Shown: positions 40,495-49,074 of the stretch, piece after piece
Layout: the number at the start of each line of letters is the position of its first letter
Position numbering within the stretch: the first letter of the stretch is position 1
Notes under the pieces: generated by a model
What the model saw: the letters and a program-made list of their open reading frames with translations, nothing else
Database searches by the model: none
Told to the model about the DNA's origin: nothing
Program-made: the position numbers and the translations under genes
Source: Sphingomonadales bacterium
GTDB lineage: Bacteria > Pseudomonadota > Alphaproteobacteria > Sphingomonadales > Sphingomonadaceae
Direction of reading: 5' to 3'
Assembly (NCBI GenBank): GCA_028868535.1
Contig: JAGWUH010000004.1
Location: 41,821-105,820, forward strand
Length of the DNA stretch: 64,000 bases

Positions 40495-42005
40495 TTCGAT
40501 TGCTCCACGAGCGGGGACCGTCGCGCGGCGAGGATCGCCAGCGCGGCCAGTTGCAGGACCCAGACGATCCTGACGTTGTAGCGGTCATGCGGTTTCGACA
40601 AGGTTCCCGTCACCGCGGCGTTCATGGCGATGGCGGCGAGCAGGAGCGCCGCGCCGGCCCGGATCGCGACCGCCCGCCGCTCGCGCGTGCGGCCCGCCGT
40701 CACCGCGGCGAGGAACAGCGCCGCGGCAAGCGCCGTCAACACGTTGAGCCAGCGGCTGAGCTGCACCGGGTTGCCGGCGCTGGCATAGCGGCTGGCCAGC
40801 ACTTGCGCCTTGAAGCGGGCGGGCAGGTTGTTGGCGAACGCGGTATCACTGCCCGGCTGGCCGGTGGAATTGAACACGTTGAACTTGGTCAGGAACAGTT
40901 GCTTCACCGCCTTGCCGACGCTGGCGCGGGCCACGCCCAGCGGGTCGTGCCGCACCGTCGCGATGGCGAACGCGACGTCCTGCTTGGCCAGCCGGCGCTG
41001 GACGTCCACGCTCTCCACCGAGAACACCCCGTCCGCCGGCGCCTGGCTCCACAGAAAGGTGTCGCTGTCGCGCGGCATCCGGCCCTGGAACCGGCAGGCT
41101 TCGAAGCCGATCGCCGGGCACCGCGCGCGCAGCATGGCCAGGCCCGGGCCGTCATCGACCAGCCGCGCGGTCAGAAACGGCGGCCGGACCGGCGGCTGGC
41201 CCATCTTGTGGGTGATCGCGACAACGAAGGCCTGTTCGCCGACCAGCCCGGCGACGACCGCGAGCAGCATCGCTGCCCAGCCGGGGCGCGCGCTCAACCC
41301 GGCGCGGTGGAAGGCGATCGCGGCCAGCACGGCCAGCGCCGCCAGCAGCAGCACGTGCGAGCTGTGAACCATGCCGCACAGCGTCAGCAGCAGGACCAGC
41401 CCGACGCGCTCGACCATTCCCAGCCGCTTCCAGCCTACGCAGGCGGAGACGGCCAACGCCACGGCAAACCCGGCGAAGACATCGGGCATGATCATCGCGA
41501 CGAAGAACGGCAGCGAGGTCAGCGCCGAAAGCGCCAGCGCGGTCACCAGGACCAGCGCCGGCATGCGCGCGCGGGGCGCGCCGAAGGCCAGCAGGGTCAG
41601 CCAGACGGTGAACACCGCCAGCAGCGCCTGGAAACCCACCACGCCCAGGCTGCCGAACGCGGTGATGAAGGGAAACACCGCCAGGCCGTAATAGACCGAC
41701 CGGCCGAGCAGCACCGGATGCAGCGGCCCGGGCGGCGCGGCGGCGGCGGGCACGGGCGTGGCGGGCATGGCCGGCCGGGCTGCGTTGGTGGCGGCGGGAT
41801 GCGGCAGATAGAGCTGGCGCTTGTCCGACCACTCGGATTGCCAGCCGGTCAGCTCGGCGACGGCGGCATCGGCTTCGCGCAGATAGGTCGAGCTGTCGGG
41901 AAAGAAGAAGCCGCCGCCGTTGACGAACGCCGGCCAGCACAGCGCCAGCGCAGCCAGCAGCCAGGCGAGGACGCAACGCCCTGGAACGAACTTCGCTTGT
42001 TTCAC
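40491..42005 (-). CDS. GT-C-like multi-TM protein (GtrX-type)
   Basis: FFFPDSSTY, RSVYYG, IMPDVF, PHDRY; between gtrA and gtrB with overlapping junctions. Confidence 0.65.
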   Translation of the reverse strand: MKQAKFVPGRCVLAWLLAALALCWPAFVNGGGFFFPDSSTYLREADAAVAELTGWQSEWSDKRQLYLPHPAATNAARPAMPATPVPAAAAPPGPLHPVLLGRSVYYGLAVFPFITAFGSLGVVGFQALLAVFTVWLTLLAFGAPRARMPALVLVTALALSALTSLPFFVAMIMPDVFAGFAVALAVSACVGWKRLGMVERVGLVLLLTLCGMVHSSHVLLLAALAVLAAIAFHRAGLSARPGWAAMLLAVVAGLVGEQAFVVAITHKMGQPPVRPPFLTARLVDDGPGLAMLRARCPAIGFEACRFQGRMPRDSDTFLWSQAPADGVFSVESVDVQRRLAKQDVAFAIATVRHDPLGVARASVGKAVKQLFLTKFNVFNSTGQPGSDTAFANNLPARFKAQVLASRYASAGNPVQLSRWLNVLTALAAALFLAAVTAGRTRERRAVAIRAGAALLLAAIAMNAAVTGTLSKPHDRYNVRIVWVLQLAALAILAARRSPLVEQSK

Positions 42006-42430
42006 CCGAACACCCAACGCCTGCACAACAGGAACGCAACGATCGGCGTGACCGTGCAGAATGCGATCGTCGGCGTCCAGGTCGGCAGCCGCAATACGCC
42101 GGTCATCAGGATTACGAAACCGACGTTAAGAAAATACCCGATGGCATTGGTGGTCAGGAACCGGACAAAGCGACGGCCGGGATTCGCGCGATCGCCATGG
42201 CCGCGAAAGCTGAAGTTGCCGTGGACGAAGAACCCGACGACCGAGGCAAATATCGTCGACAAGGTGACGGACAGCGCCGGCAGCATGTGTGCGTTGTTGA
42301 CGAGCAGCAAATAGATTCCCGACATCAGCGCCGTAAGCGCGAGACCCGAGACACCATAACGGATGATCTGCAGCAGATATACTTGCTGGCTTGGCTGCAG
42401 TTTTTGCCAGACGACGCTCCGTTCCAACAT
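42002..42430 (-). CDS. GtrA-family flippase
   Basis: Small 4-TM protein: IRYGVSG, HGNFSFR, FVRF, RRWVF. Confidence 0.85.
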   Translation of the reverse strand: MLERSVVWQKLQPSQQVYLLQIIRYGVSGLALTALMSGIYLLLVNNAHMLPALSVTLSTIFASVVGFFVHGNFSFRGHGDRANPGRRFVRFLTTNAIGYFLNVGFVILMTGVLRLPTWTPTIAFCTVTPIVAFLLCRRWVFG

Positions 42431-42713
42431 CCAATCGATATCCGGCAATAATTTCAGTCAGAAACGGGGATCGAGCCGCCGATTCGCGCCAGCATAACGG
42501 AACCGGGAATCACCGCATAGCCGCATGTGGCGCGCCGGAATACCGTGTCCCATCACGGGCCGCATCGCCAGGCCAGGTTTAAGAACGGAGGCCGCGACAA
42601 TCCCCGCGGGCGAATCGCCGCGCGGCCACGACAATAATCGCGCGCGCCGCTGCGAGCGACAACGTTTTGCAGTCCCGTACCCACCCAGTCACGGAGCATA
42701 TGACAAACGCGCC

Positions 42714-42730
42714 TGTGCCAACTTGATACA
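42714..42730. promoter_or_regulatory. Candidate 17-bp operator upstream of a sigma70-like promoter of PEP-CTERM gene 4
   Basis: TGTGCCA-ACT-TGATACA; TTGACT(42752)-N18-TATATT(42776) downstream; another copy TGTCCCA-TCA-CGGGCCG at 42546-42562. Confidence 0.55.
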
Positions 42731-42819
42731 TATTTCGACCAAGTCAGTAGTTTGACTCGCCGGGAGACGGGGCGGTATATTTTGGCGTTCGAAATTCTTT
42801 CTTTGGGGCCGGCAAAATC

Positions 42820-43674
42820 ATGGCGAACTTTCTCTCTGGACGGTTGGCGCAACCGCTTCGCAGCGGGCTTCGTGGCGCGTTCGGGCTGTCGCTCGCCCTG
42901 GCGGCCGCAGTGCCGGCGCATGCCACCAGCTTCTCGTTCGACTTCGTGAACCAGTCCTACACCAACAGCGCGACGAACAAGCAGACCTTCAACGCCACCG
43001 GCGGCACCGGTTCGACGCCACTGTTCACGCGTACCGTCAGCGGACAGTCCGTCCAGTTGCAGATGTCGGCCTATTTCATCGACACCTCGACGGCGCAGAA
43101 CAAGACCTACAACGCCCAGCTCAACTTCTACTCGGGCGGCATCGGCATCACCGACGCCAACGAGTCGTCGACGAGCCCGAACCACGCCATCGACAACAAC
43201 AACGGCGTCGATTTCCTGGTGTTGCAGTTCAGCAAGGCGGTGAACCTGAGCAGCATCAACATCGGCTGGATCTACAACGATTCGGACGCCACCATCCGCT
43301 ATGGCAATGCGCCGGGGGCCTGGAACGTGCTGCCGGCGATCAACAACGTCGCCTATGGCGCGGCGGGCGGTCTCGGCAGCATGCTGAACCCCAGCGTGAT
43401 CGCCGCCAACGGCGGCACGGCCACGGGTTCGCGCGCCACGCCGAACGGCGGATTTTCGGATTTCTGGATCATCTCGGCCGCCAATCCCAACCCGATCGAA
43501 GGGAGCCGGTCGAAGGCGGACTATTTCAAGGTCGCCTCGATCGTCGTGTCCGATTTCCCGCCGCTGCCCGAGCCCGGCACGTGGATGACGATGATTTTCG
43601 GCTTCGGCGCGATTGCCGCGATGATGCGCCGCCGCCACGCCCGGCCGGTTTCCGCCGACGGCCTGGCCGCCTGA
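42820..43674 (+). CDS. PEP-CTERM surface protein 4
   Basis: Signal ending PAHA, N/S/T-rich, LPEPGTWMTMIFGFG + RRR, ends GLAA. Confidence 0.9.
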   Translation: MANFLSGRLAQPLRSGLRGAFGLSLALAAAVPAHATSFSFDFVNQSYTNSATNKQTFNATGGTGSTPLFTRTVSGQSVQLQMSAYFIDTSTAQNKTYNAQLNFYSGGIGITDANESSTSPNHAIDNNNGVDFLVLQFSKAVNLSSINIGWIYNDSDATIRYGNAPGAWNVLPAINNVAYGAAGGLGSMLNPSVIAANGGTATGSRATPNGGFSDFWIISAANPNPIEGSRSKADYFKVASIVVSDFPPLPEPGTWMTMIFGFGAIAAMMRRRHARPVSADGLAA

Positions 43675-43822
43675 ATCGCGGGCAATCGCCGCGCCTCTTG
43701 CCGTTCAGGTTGACGCTCGGCCGGCCGCATCGGGGAATTTCCGGGCTGACTTGCGACCGCCAATCGCTATGCTGGGGACCGGGCCCGCGACCTGGCCCCA
43801 TCTTCCCGGAACGGATCAGCGA

Positions 43823-45691
43823 ATGTTCGAAACCGAAGTCAGCCCGCTTCGCCTGACCGAGGATTTGCTGCCGCCCGAAGTGCTCGCTGCGTTCGCGCGG
43901 GATCGCGGTTTCAGCCATCTGGCACCGATCAAGTGGGAAGAGCACTGCACCGAGTGCGCCTGGCCGGCCTGCTATACCACCTGCGACCTTTACAGCCCGC
44001 GCGCCGACGGAAACTGCCGACGCACGATCGACGGGTTCGCCGCCCTGGCGGGGGTGGAAGCGCTGGGCATTCCGCTCGTGCGCGTGCGCTTCAAGCGCTG
44101 GGCGAACCTGACCGCGCGCAGCACCGTCGCGGTCCATCCGGTGGACGCCGTGGTAGCGATCGAGCGCCGCGTCGCTTCCGCTTCGGGCTGGGCGGCGCGG
44201 CTGCCGTTCGGCGCGGCGATCGGCAGGCCCGGCCTGCCGGCGCGCGCGGTGCGGCGCTGGAAGGACCGGCTGGTGGCGGCATCGGCCCACGACGATGCGG
44301 CCCCGGAACCGACGTGCCTGGTGCTGGAGGTCTACAACCCCGGCAGCGCGCCGGTGGATCTGTCGCTGGATGTCGCGCCGCGGCCTGCCGATGCGCGCGT
44401 GGTCCCGTTCAAGCGGCTGATCTCGCTTCAGCCGGGATTCCAGCGGGTGCGATTGCCGTTCGACGAGATCCGGCCGCACCTTGCCGGCGCGCGCGAGGTC
44501 GATCTCCAGATCAATCCCAACATCCTGACCGCCGCGGAGGAAGGACTCACCCTGTTCCTCGGCCTGATGGGCTTCGCGCGCGAGGCTGCGGCCACAATCG
44601 AGTCGGCGCCGGCTCCGGTGGCGATGGCGGCGGGCAAGAAGGTCAAGGTCGTGATCTGGGACCTCGACAACACGCTGTGGGACGGCACGTTGATCGAGGA
44701 AGGGCCGGGCAAGGTCCGCCTGCGGCCCGGCATTCGTGAAGTGATCGAGGCGCTCGACGGGCGCGGCATCGTCAACAGCGTCGCCAGCAAGAACCACGCC
44801 GAAGACGCGCTGGCGGAACTCGAGCGGCTCGGCCTGGCCGAATACTTCGTGTTTCCCGAGATCAGCTGGGGCCGCAAGAGCGAGGCGGTGACGCGGATCA
44901 TCAAGGCCTTCAACGTCGGCGCCGACACCGTTGCCTTCGTCGACGACCAGCCGTTCGAGCGCGAGGAGGTGCGCTCCGCAAACCCGCAGGTGCGCCTGTA
45001 CCGGCACGACGAGGTCGCCGGGCTGCTCGACCGCGCCGAATTCGACGTGCCGGTGACCGCAGAGGCGCGCAGCCGGCGCGGGTTCTACCAGAACCAGGCG
45101 GTGCGCCAGCAGGCGATGCAGCAGGTCCTCGACCAGCCGGGCTCGGACTACCTGGCGTTTCTCAAGCGCTCGAACATCCGCATCGTGATCGATCGCGCCG
45201 GCAACGACCAGCTCGATCGCGTTCACGAGCTGGTCCAGCGCACCAACCAGATGAACTTTTCCGGGCATCGCTACAGCAAGGAGGACTTGCGGGCGATGCT
45301 GGCGGACGACGCGCTCGAATGCTTCCTCGTCGATGCCGAGGATGATTTCGGCAAGTACGGGACAATCGGCTTCGCCGCCGTCCGGCGCGGTCCGCAGCCG
45401 CTGGTGCAGGACCTGGCGTTCTCCTGCCGCATCCAGGCGAAGCGGGTCGAGCACGCGGTGCTGGTTTCGCTGATGGCATACTATGCCGCGCAGGGCGGCA
45501 CCCGGCTGGACGTGTTCTATCGCGGCACCGAGAAGAACGCGCCGGTGGCGCGGGTGTTCGATGATCTCGCATACGTGGAAACCTCGCGCGAGGGGGCGGA
45601 CGTCGTCTATGGCCACGCCCTGACCGGGGACCTGCCGGTAAACGAAGTCATCCAGGTCCGCTTCCCCGCCATGCTCGCGCCGGCGAAATGA
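43823..45691 (+). CDS. FkbH-like HAD-IIIC protein with a large Cys-containing N-terminal extension
   Basis: VIWDLDNTLW, ASKN, FVDDQPFE, RTNQMN, FSCRI; N-terminal CTECAWPACYTTC. Confidence 0.88.
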   Translation: MFETEVSPLRLTEDLLPPEVLAAFARDRGFSHLAPIKWEEHCTECAWPACYTTCDLYSPRADGNCRRTIDGFAALAGVEALGIPLVRVRFKRWANLTARSTVAVHPVDAVVAIERRVASASGWAARLPFGAAIGRPGLPARAVRRWKDRLVAASAHDDAAPEPTCLVLEVYNPGSAPVDLSLDVAPRPADARVVPFKRLISLQPGFQRVRLPFDEIRPHLAGAREVDLQINPNILTAAEEGLTLFLGLMGFAREAAATIESAPAPVAMAAGKKVKVVIWDLDNTLWDGTLIEEGPGKVRLRPGIREVIEALDGRGIVNSVASKNHAEDALAELERLGLAEYFVFPEISWGRKSEAVTRIIKAFNVGADTVAFVDDQPFEREEVRSANPQVRLYRHDEVAGLLDRAEFDVPVTAEARSRRGFYQNQAVRQQAMQQVLDQPGSDYLAFLKRSNIRIVIDRAGNDQLDRVHELVQRTNQMNFSGHRYSKEDLRAMLADDALECFLVDAEDDFGKYGTIGFAAVRRGPQPLVQDLAFSCRIQAKRVEHAVLVSLMAYYAAQGGTRLDVFYRGTEKNAPVARVFDDLAYVETSREGADVVYGHALTGDLPVNEVIQVRFPAMLAPAK

Positions 45692-46689
45692 GCGGTCGCG
45701 CGCTCGGGCTCGTGGCCAGCGCGATGCTGGGCACGCCGCGGCTGTTCCGGCAGCGTGGCGCGGCGAACGTTTCGGCGCTGCTGTTCCATCGCTTCTTCGC
45801 CGATGGCGAGCCGCGCCAGCGTGGCATCGACCGGCTGCGGCGCGAGCTCGAATGGCTGCGCGCGGCCTTCGTGCCGGTCTCGCTCGGTCGCTTCGTCGAG
45901 GGGATGGCGGATGGCTCGCTGCCCGATCGCGCGGTGCTGGTGACGACCGACGATGCGCACCGCGACGTCCTGGAGGTCGCGGACACGTTCGCGGAATACG
46001 CGGTGCCGTTCGCGGTCTTCGTCTGTGCCGGATGGACGGCCGAGGCCAGCGAGGGCACCGGGGAGGACCTGCTGGCGCGCGTCGTCTCGGCCATCCAGTG
46101 GTACGAGGGGACCCCGACCGAGGTCCGCTATGGTGGTCGCAGCATGGTCCTTGCGCCCGCACGGCAGGCCGCCAACATCGACGCGCTGCTGGCGGCTGGG
46201 GATATCCCGCGCGAGGCGCTGTCGGATCTCTGCAGCCGGATCGATGCGCTCTCGCCCAAGCCCCGGGGCGGCTGTACCTGGGCCGACCTGCGCGCGCTGG
46301 CCGGCAACGCGGCCATCGGCATCGGCGCGCATTCGGTCAGCCATATCCGGCTGTCGCAGGCATCGGCCCTGCGGCGGCGCTTCGAGATCGCCGAAAGCCG
46401 GCGCCTGTGCGAGACGCTGATCGGGCGCTGCGAGGCCTTTGCCTACCCTTATGGCACCGACGACGCGCACAGCCCGGAGACGCGGACGGAACTGGCCGAG
46501 GCCGGGTTCTCGACCGGGTTCCTGACGCATTCGGACTTCATCACCACGCGCAGCGAGCGGCTGACCCTGCCGCGTCTGTCGATGCCCGATGATCCGATGG
46601 GCTTCGCGGAGTTCCGCGCCCGCGCCCGGGGCGCCGGCATTGTCATGCGGCGGCTCAAGCAGGCGCTGCGGGGCGCCCGGCCGGCCTGA
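45688..46689 (+). CDS. Polysaccharide deacetylase (CE4/NodB-like)
   Basis: LFHR, VTTDDA, GAHSVSH, FAYPYG, LPR. Confidence 0.85.
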   Translation: MSGRALGLVASAMLGTPRLFRQRGAANVSALLFHRFFADGEPRQRGIDRLRRELEWLRAAFVPVSLGRFVEGMADGSLPDRAVLVTTDDAHRDVLEVADTFAEYAVPFAVFVCAGWTAEASEGTGEDLLARVVSAIQWYEGTPTEVRYGGRSMVLAPARQAANIDALLAAGDIPREALSDLCSRIDALSPKPRGGCTWADLRALAGNAAIGIGAHSVSHIRLSQASALRRRFEIAESRRLCETLIGRCEAFAYPYGTDDAHSPETRTELAEAGFSTGFLTHSDFITTRSERLTLPRLSMPDDPMGFAEFRARARGAGIVMRRLKQALRGARPA

Positions 46690-46707
46690 CCGGGCGCGTC
46701 CGCCGGA

Positions 46708-47664
46708 TCAGTTGGCAATCTGCCGGAAATAGGCGATCGTCTTCTCCAGCCCTTCGCGCAGCGGCACGGTCGGCTCCCAGCCCAGCTCCCGGCGCGCCAG
46801 GCTGATGTCGGGCTTGCGCTGGGTCGGGTCGTCCGAGGGCAGCGGCAGGTGGATCAGCTTCGAGCGTGCGCCGGTCATCTCGACGACCAGCTCCGCCAGT
46901 TCGCGGATCGTGAATTCGACCGGGTTGCCGATGTTGACCGGGCCGGTGAACCCTTCCGGGCTCTCCATCAGCCGGATCATGCCTTCGATCAGGTCGTCGA
47001 CGTAGCAGAAGCTGCGGGTCTGGTTGCCATCGCCGAACAGGGTGATGTCCTCGCCGCGCAGCGCCTGCATGATGAAGTTGGAGACCACGCGCCCGTCGGC
47101 CGGGTGCATGCGCGGGCCATACGTGTTGAAGATGCGCATCACCTTGATGCCGAGCTTGTGCTGGCGGTGATAGTCGAAGAACAACGTCTCGGCGCAGCGC
47201 TTGCCCTCGTCGTAGCACGAGCGAAGGCCGATCGGGTTGACGTTGCCCCAGTAGCTCTCGGTCTGCGGGTGCTGGGTGGGATCGCCATAGACTTCGCTGG
47301 TCGAGGCTTGCAGGATCGGACAGCGCAGGCGCTTGGCCAGGCCGAGCATGTTGATTGCCCCGTGCACGGAAACTTTGGTAGTCTGCACCGGGTCGTACTG
47401 GTAGTGGATCGGCGAGGCCGGGCAGGCCAGATTGTAGATCGCGTCGACTTCCACGAACAGGGGAAAGCAGACATCGTGGCGCATGAACTCGAAGCGGGGA
47501 TGGGCGTGGAGATGCTCGATGTTGCGCTTGCTGCCGGTGAACAGGTTGTCGACGCAGAGGACTTCGTGGCCGGCGGCGATCAGCCGATCGATTAGATGCG
47601 AACCGAGAAATCCAGCACCGCCGGTAACCAGAATGCGCTTCTGGCTGAAGTATTCCCTTGCCAT
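46708..47664 (-). CDS. uxs: UDP-glucuronate decarboxylase (UDP-xylose synthase)
   Basis: [47 protein letters not shown]. Confidence 0.93.
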   Translation of the reverse strand: MAREYFSQKRILVTGGAGFLGSHLIDRLIAAGHEVLCVDNLFTGSKRNIEHLHAHPRFEFMRHDVCFPLFVEVDAIYNLACPASPIHYQYDPVQTTKVSVHGAINMLGLAKRLRCPILQASTSEVYGDPTQHPQTESYWGNVNPIGLRSCYDEGKRCAETLFFDYHRQHKLGIKVMRIFNTYGPRMHPADGRVVSNFIMQALRGEDITLFGDGNQTRSFCYVDDLIEGMIRLMESPEGFTGPVNIGNPVEFTIRELAELVVEMTGARSKLIHLPLPSDDPTQRKPDISLARRELGWEPTVPLREGLEKTIAYFRQIAN

Positions 47665-47800
47665 AACTGGATGAGTCCCTGTCTGCTTTCCGAAGGACCG
47701 CCTCTGCGAGACGTTCTTTATGCCGCAACCCGGCATAATCGCATTTCGTTTAGCATAGCTTTATCGGATTGCGACCGCCCTCGCACATCGAAGGCCTGAG

Positions 47801-48982
47801 ATGCGATTGATCGAGTGTTTTGCCTGGCTGCTGGCGGCGGCGCCGATGACCGCGCTGCTGATCTATTCGCTCGAGCTGGTGCTGGGCCTGGCCCCGGGGC
47901 GCCAGGCCGCGGCATCGCCGTCGGCGCCGCGTTCGGTGGCGATCCTGATTCCCGCGCACAACGAGGCGGCGGGCATCGCCGAGACGGTGGCCGGGCTGCG
48001 CGCGGTATCGCCGGCCGGCGTTCGCATTCTCGTCGTCGCCGACAACTGCACGGATGACACCGCCGCGCGCGCCGCCGCCGCGGGGGCCGAGGTGGTGGAA
48101 CGATCCGACGCGGAGCGCCGCGGCAAGGGCTATGCGCTGGCCTTCGGCCGCGACGTGCTGGCCCGCGACCTGCCGGACACGGTCATCGTCGTCGATGCCG
48201 ATTGCCAGCTCGCCACCGGCAGCGTCGAGCGGCTCGACGCGGCCGTCGCGGAGGGCGCGGCGGCGCAATCCACCAACCTCATCATCCCCGATCGCAGCCA
48301 GCCGGCGCTCGTGCAGATTTCGAGCTTCGCGATGCTGGTCAAGAACCTGATCCGCTCGCGCGGGTTGAGCCGGATCGGCGGTTGCGCCTTGCTGACCGGG
48401 ACCGGGATGGCGTTTCCCGGCGCGATCTTCGCCGCCGCCCCGCTGGCCACCGGCGACATCGCCGAGGACCTTGGCCTAGGCATCGCCCTGACGCGGCAGG
48501 GCGTCCGCACCCGGCTGGTGACCGAAGCGACCGTGCGCAGCCGCGCCGCTTCGCTGCGCGACAGCGTCGCGCAACGGCGACGCTGGGAGCACGGCTTCCT
48601 CGCCAACGCCCTGCGTCACGCGCTTCCGACGCTCGCGGGGGGCGTAAGCCGGGGTTCGCGTGCCATGGTGGCCCTGGGAATGCACCTGCTGGTGCCGCCG
48701 CTGGCCTTGCTGTTCCTGATCGCCGGGGCCGGGCTCGTCGTGCTGGCCGCGATCGGCTTCGCCTGGTCGATCTGGATGCCGGCGGCGGCACTGGCCGCCG
48801 CTCTGGCGCTCGCGACGGTGCTGACCGCGATCGCCTGGCTGCGCCACGGCCGCGAAACGCTGACGCTGGCGGCGCTGCTGCAGGCGCCGCTTTACGTCGC
48901 CTGGAAGATACCGACCTACCTGCGTTTTCTCGTCGCGCGCGAGGCTCGCTGGCAGCGCGCCCGCCGCGAGGGGGATGCCTGA
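47801..48982 (+). CDS. Glycosyltransferase family 2 (membrane, QxxRW type)
   Basis: PAHNE, ADNCTD, GKGYAL, VDAD, AED, QRRRWE, C-terminal TMs. Confidence 0.9.
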   Translation: MRLIECFAWLLAAAPMTALLIYSLELVLGLAPGRQAAASPSAPRSVAILIPAHNEAAGIAETVAGLRAVSPAGVRILVVADNCTDDTAARAAAAGAEVVERSDAERRGKGYALAFGRDVLARDLPDTVIVVDADCQLATGSVERLDAAVAEGAAAQSTNLIIPDRSQPALVQISSFAMLVKNLIRSRGLSRIGGCALLTGTGMAFPGAIFAAAPLATGDIAEDLGLGIALTRQGVRTRLVTEATVRSRAASLRDSVAQRRRWEHGFLANALRHALPTLAGGVSRGSRAMVALGMHLLVPPLALLFLIAGAGLVVLAAIGFAWSIWMPAAALAAALALATVLTAIAWLRHGRETLTLAALLQAPLYVAWKIPTYLRFLVAREARWQRARREGDA

Positions 48983-48989
48983 CCTCCCC

Positions 48990-49006
48990 TGTCCGGCATT
49001 GGCACA
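48990..49006. promoter_or_regulatory. Candidate 17-bp operator upstream of the OafA-like acyltransferase
   Basis: TGTCCGG-CAT-TGGCACA (exact TGT-N11-ACA). Confidence 0.55.
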
Positions 49007-49074
49007 CATGCCGCGCTTGTCCGACCCGGGCAGCCCGTAGTACCGTCACACGGTGCGATTTGGGGGCCGGTTAG

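Noticed and set aside
23128-46162. Very long Arg/Pro/Ala-rich ORFs (e.g. 23128-25497, 26866-29154, 40221-42314, 43526-46162)
   Set aside because: They are antisense or off-frame shadows of well-supported genes, expected in high-GC DNA, and carry no recognisable motifs.
49000-49014. TGGCAC-N5-CCGC as a sigma54 -24/-12 promoter (also TGGCAC at 5153 and 5463)
   Set aside because: The -12 TTGC is poor or missing, some copies face away from the gene, and the hexamers are better explained as half-sites of the 17-bp palindrome. Not fully excluded at 49000.
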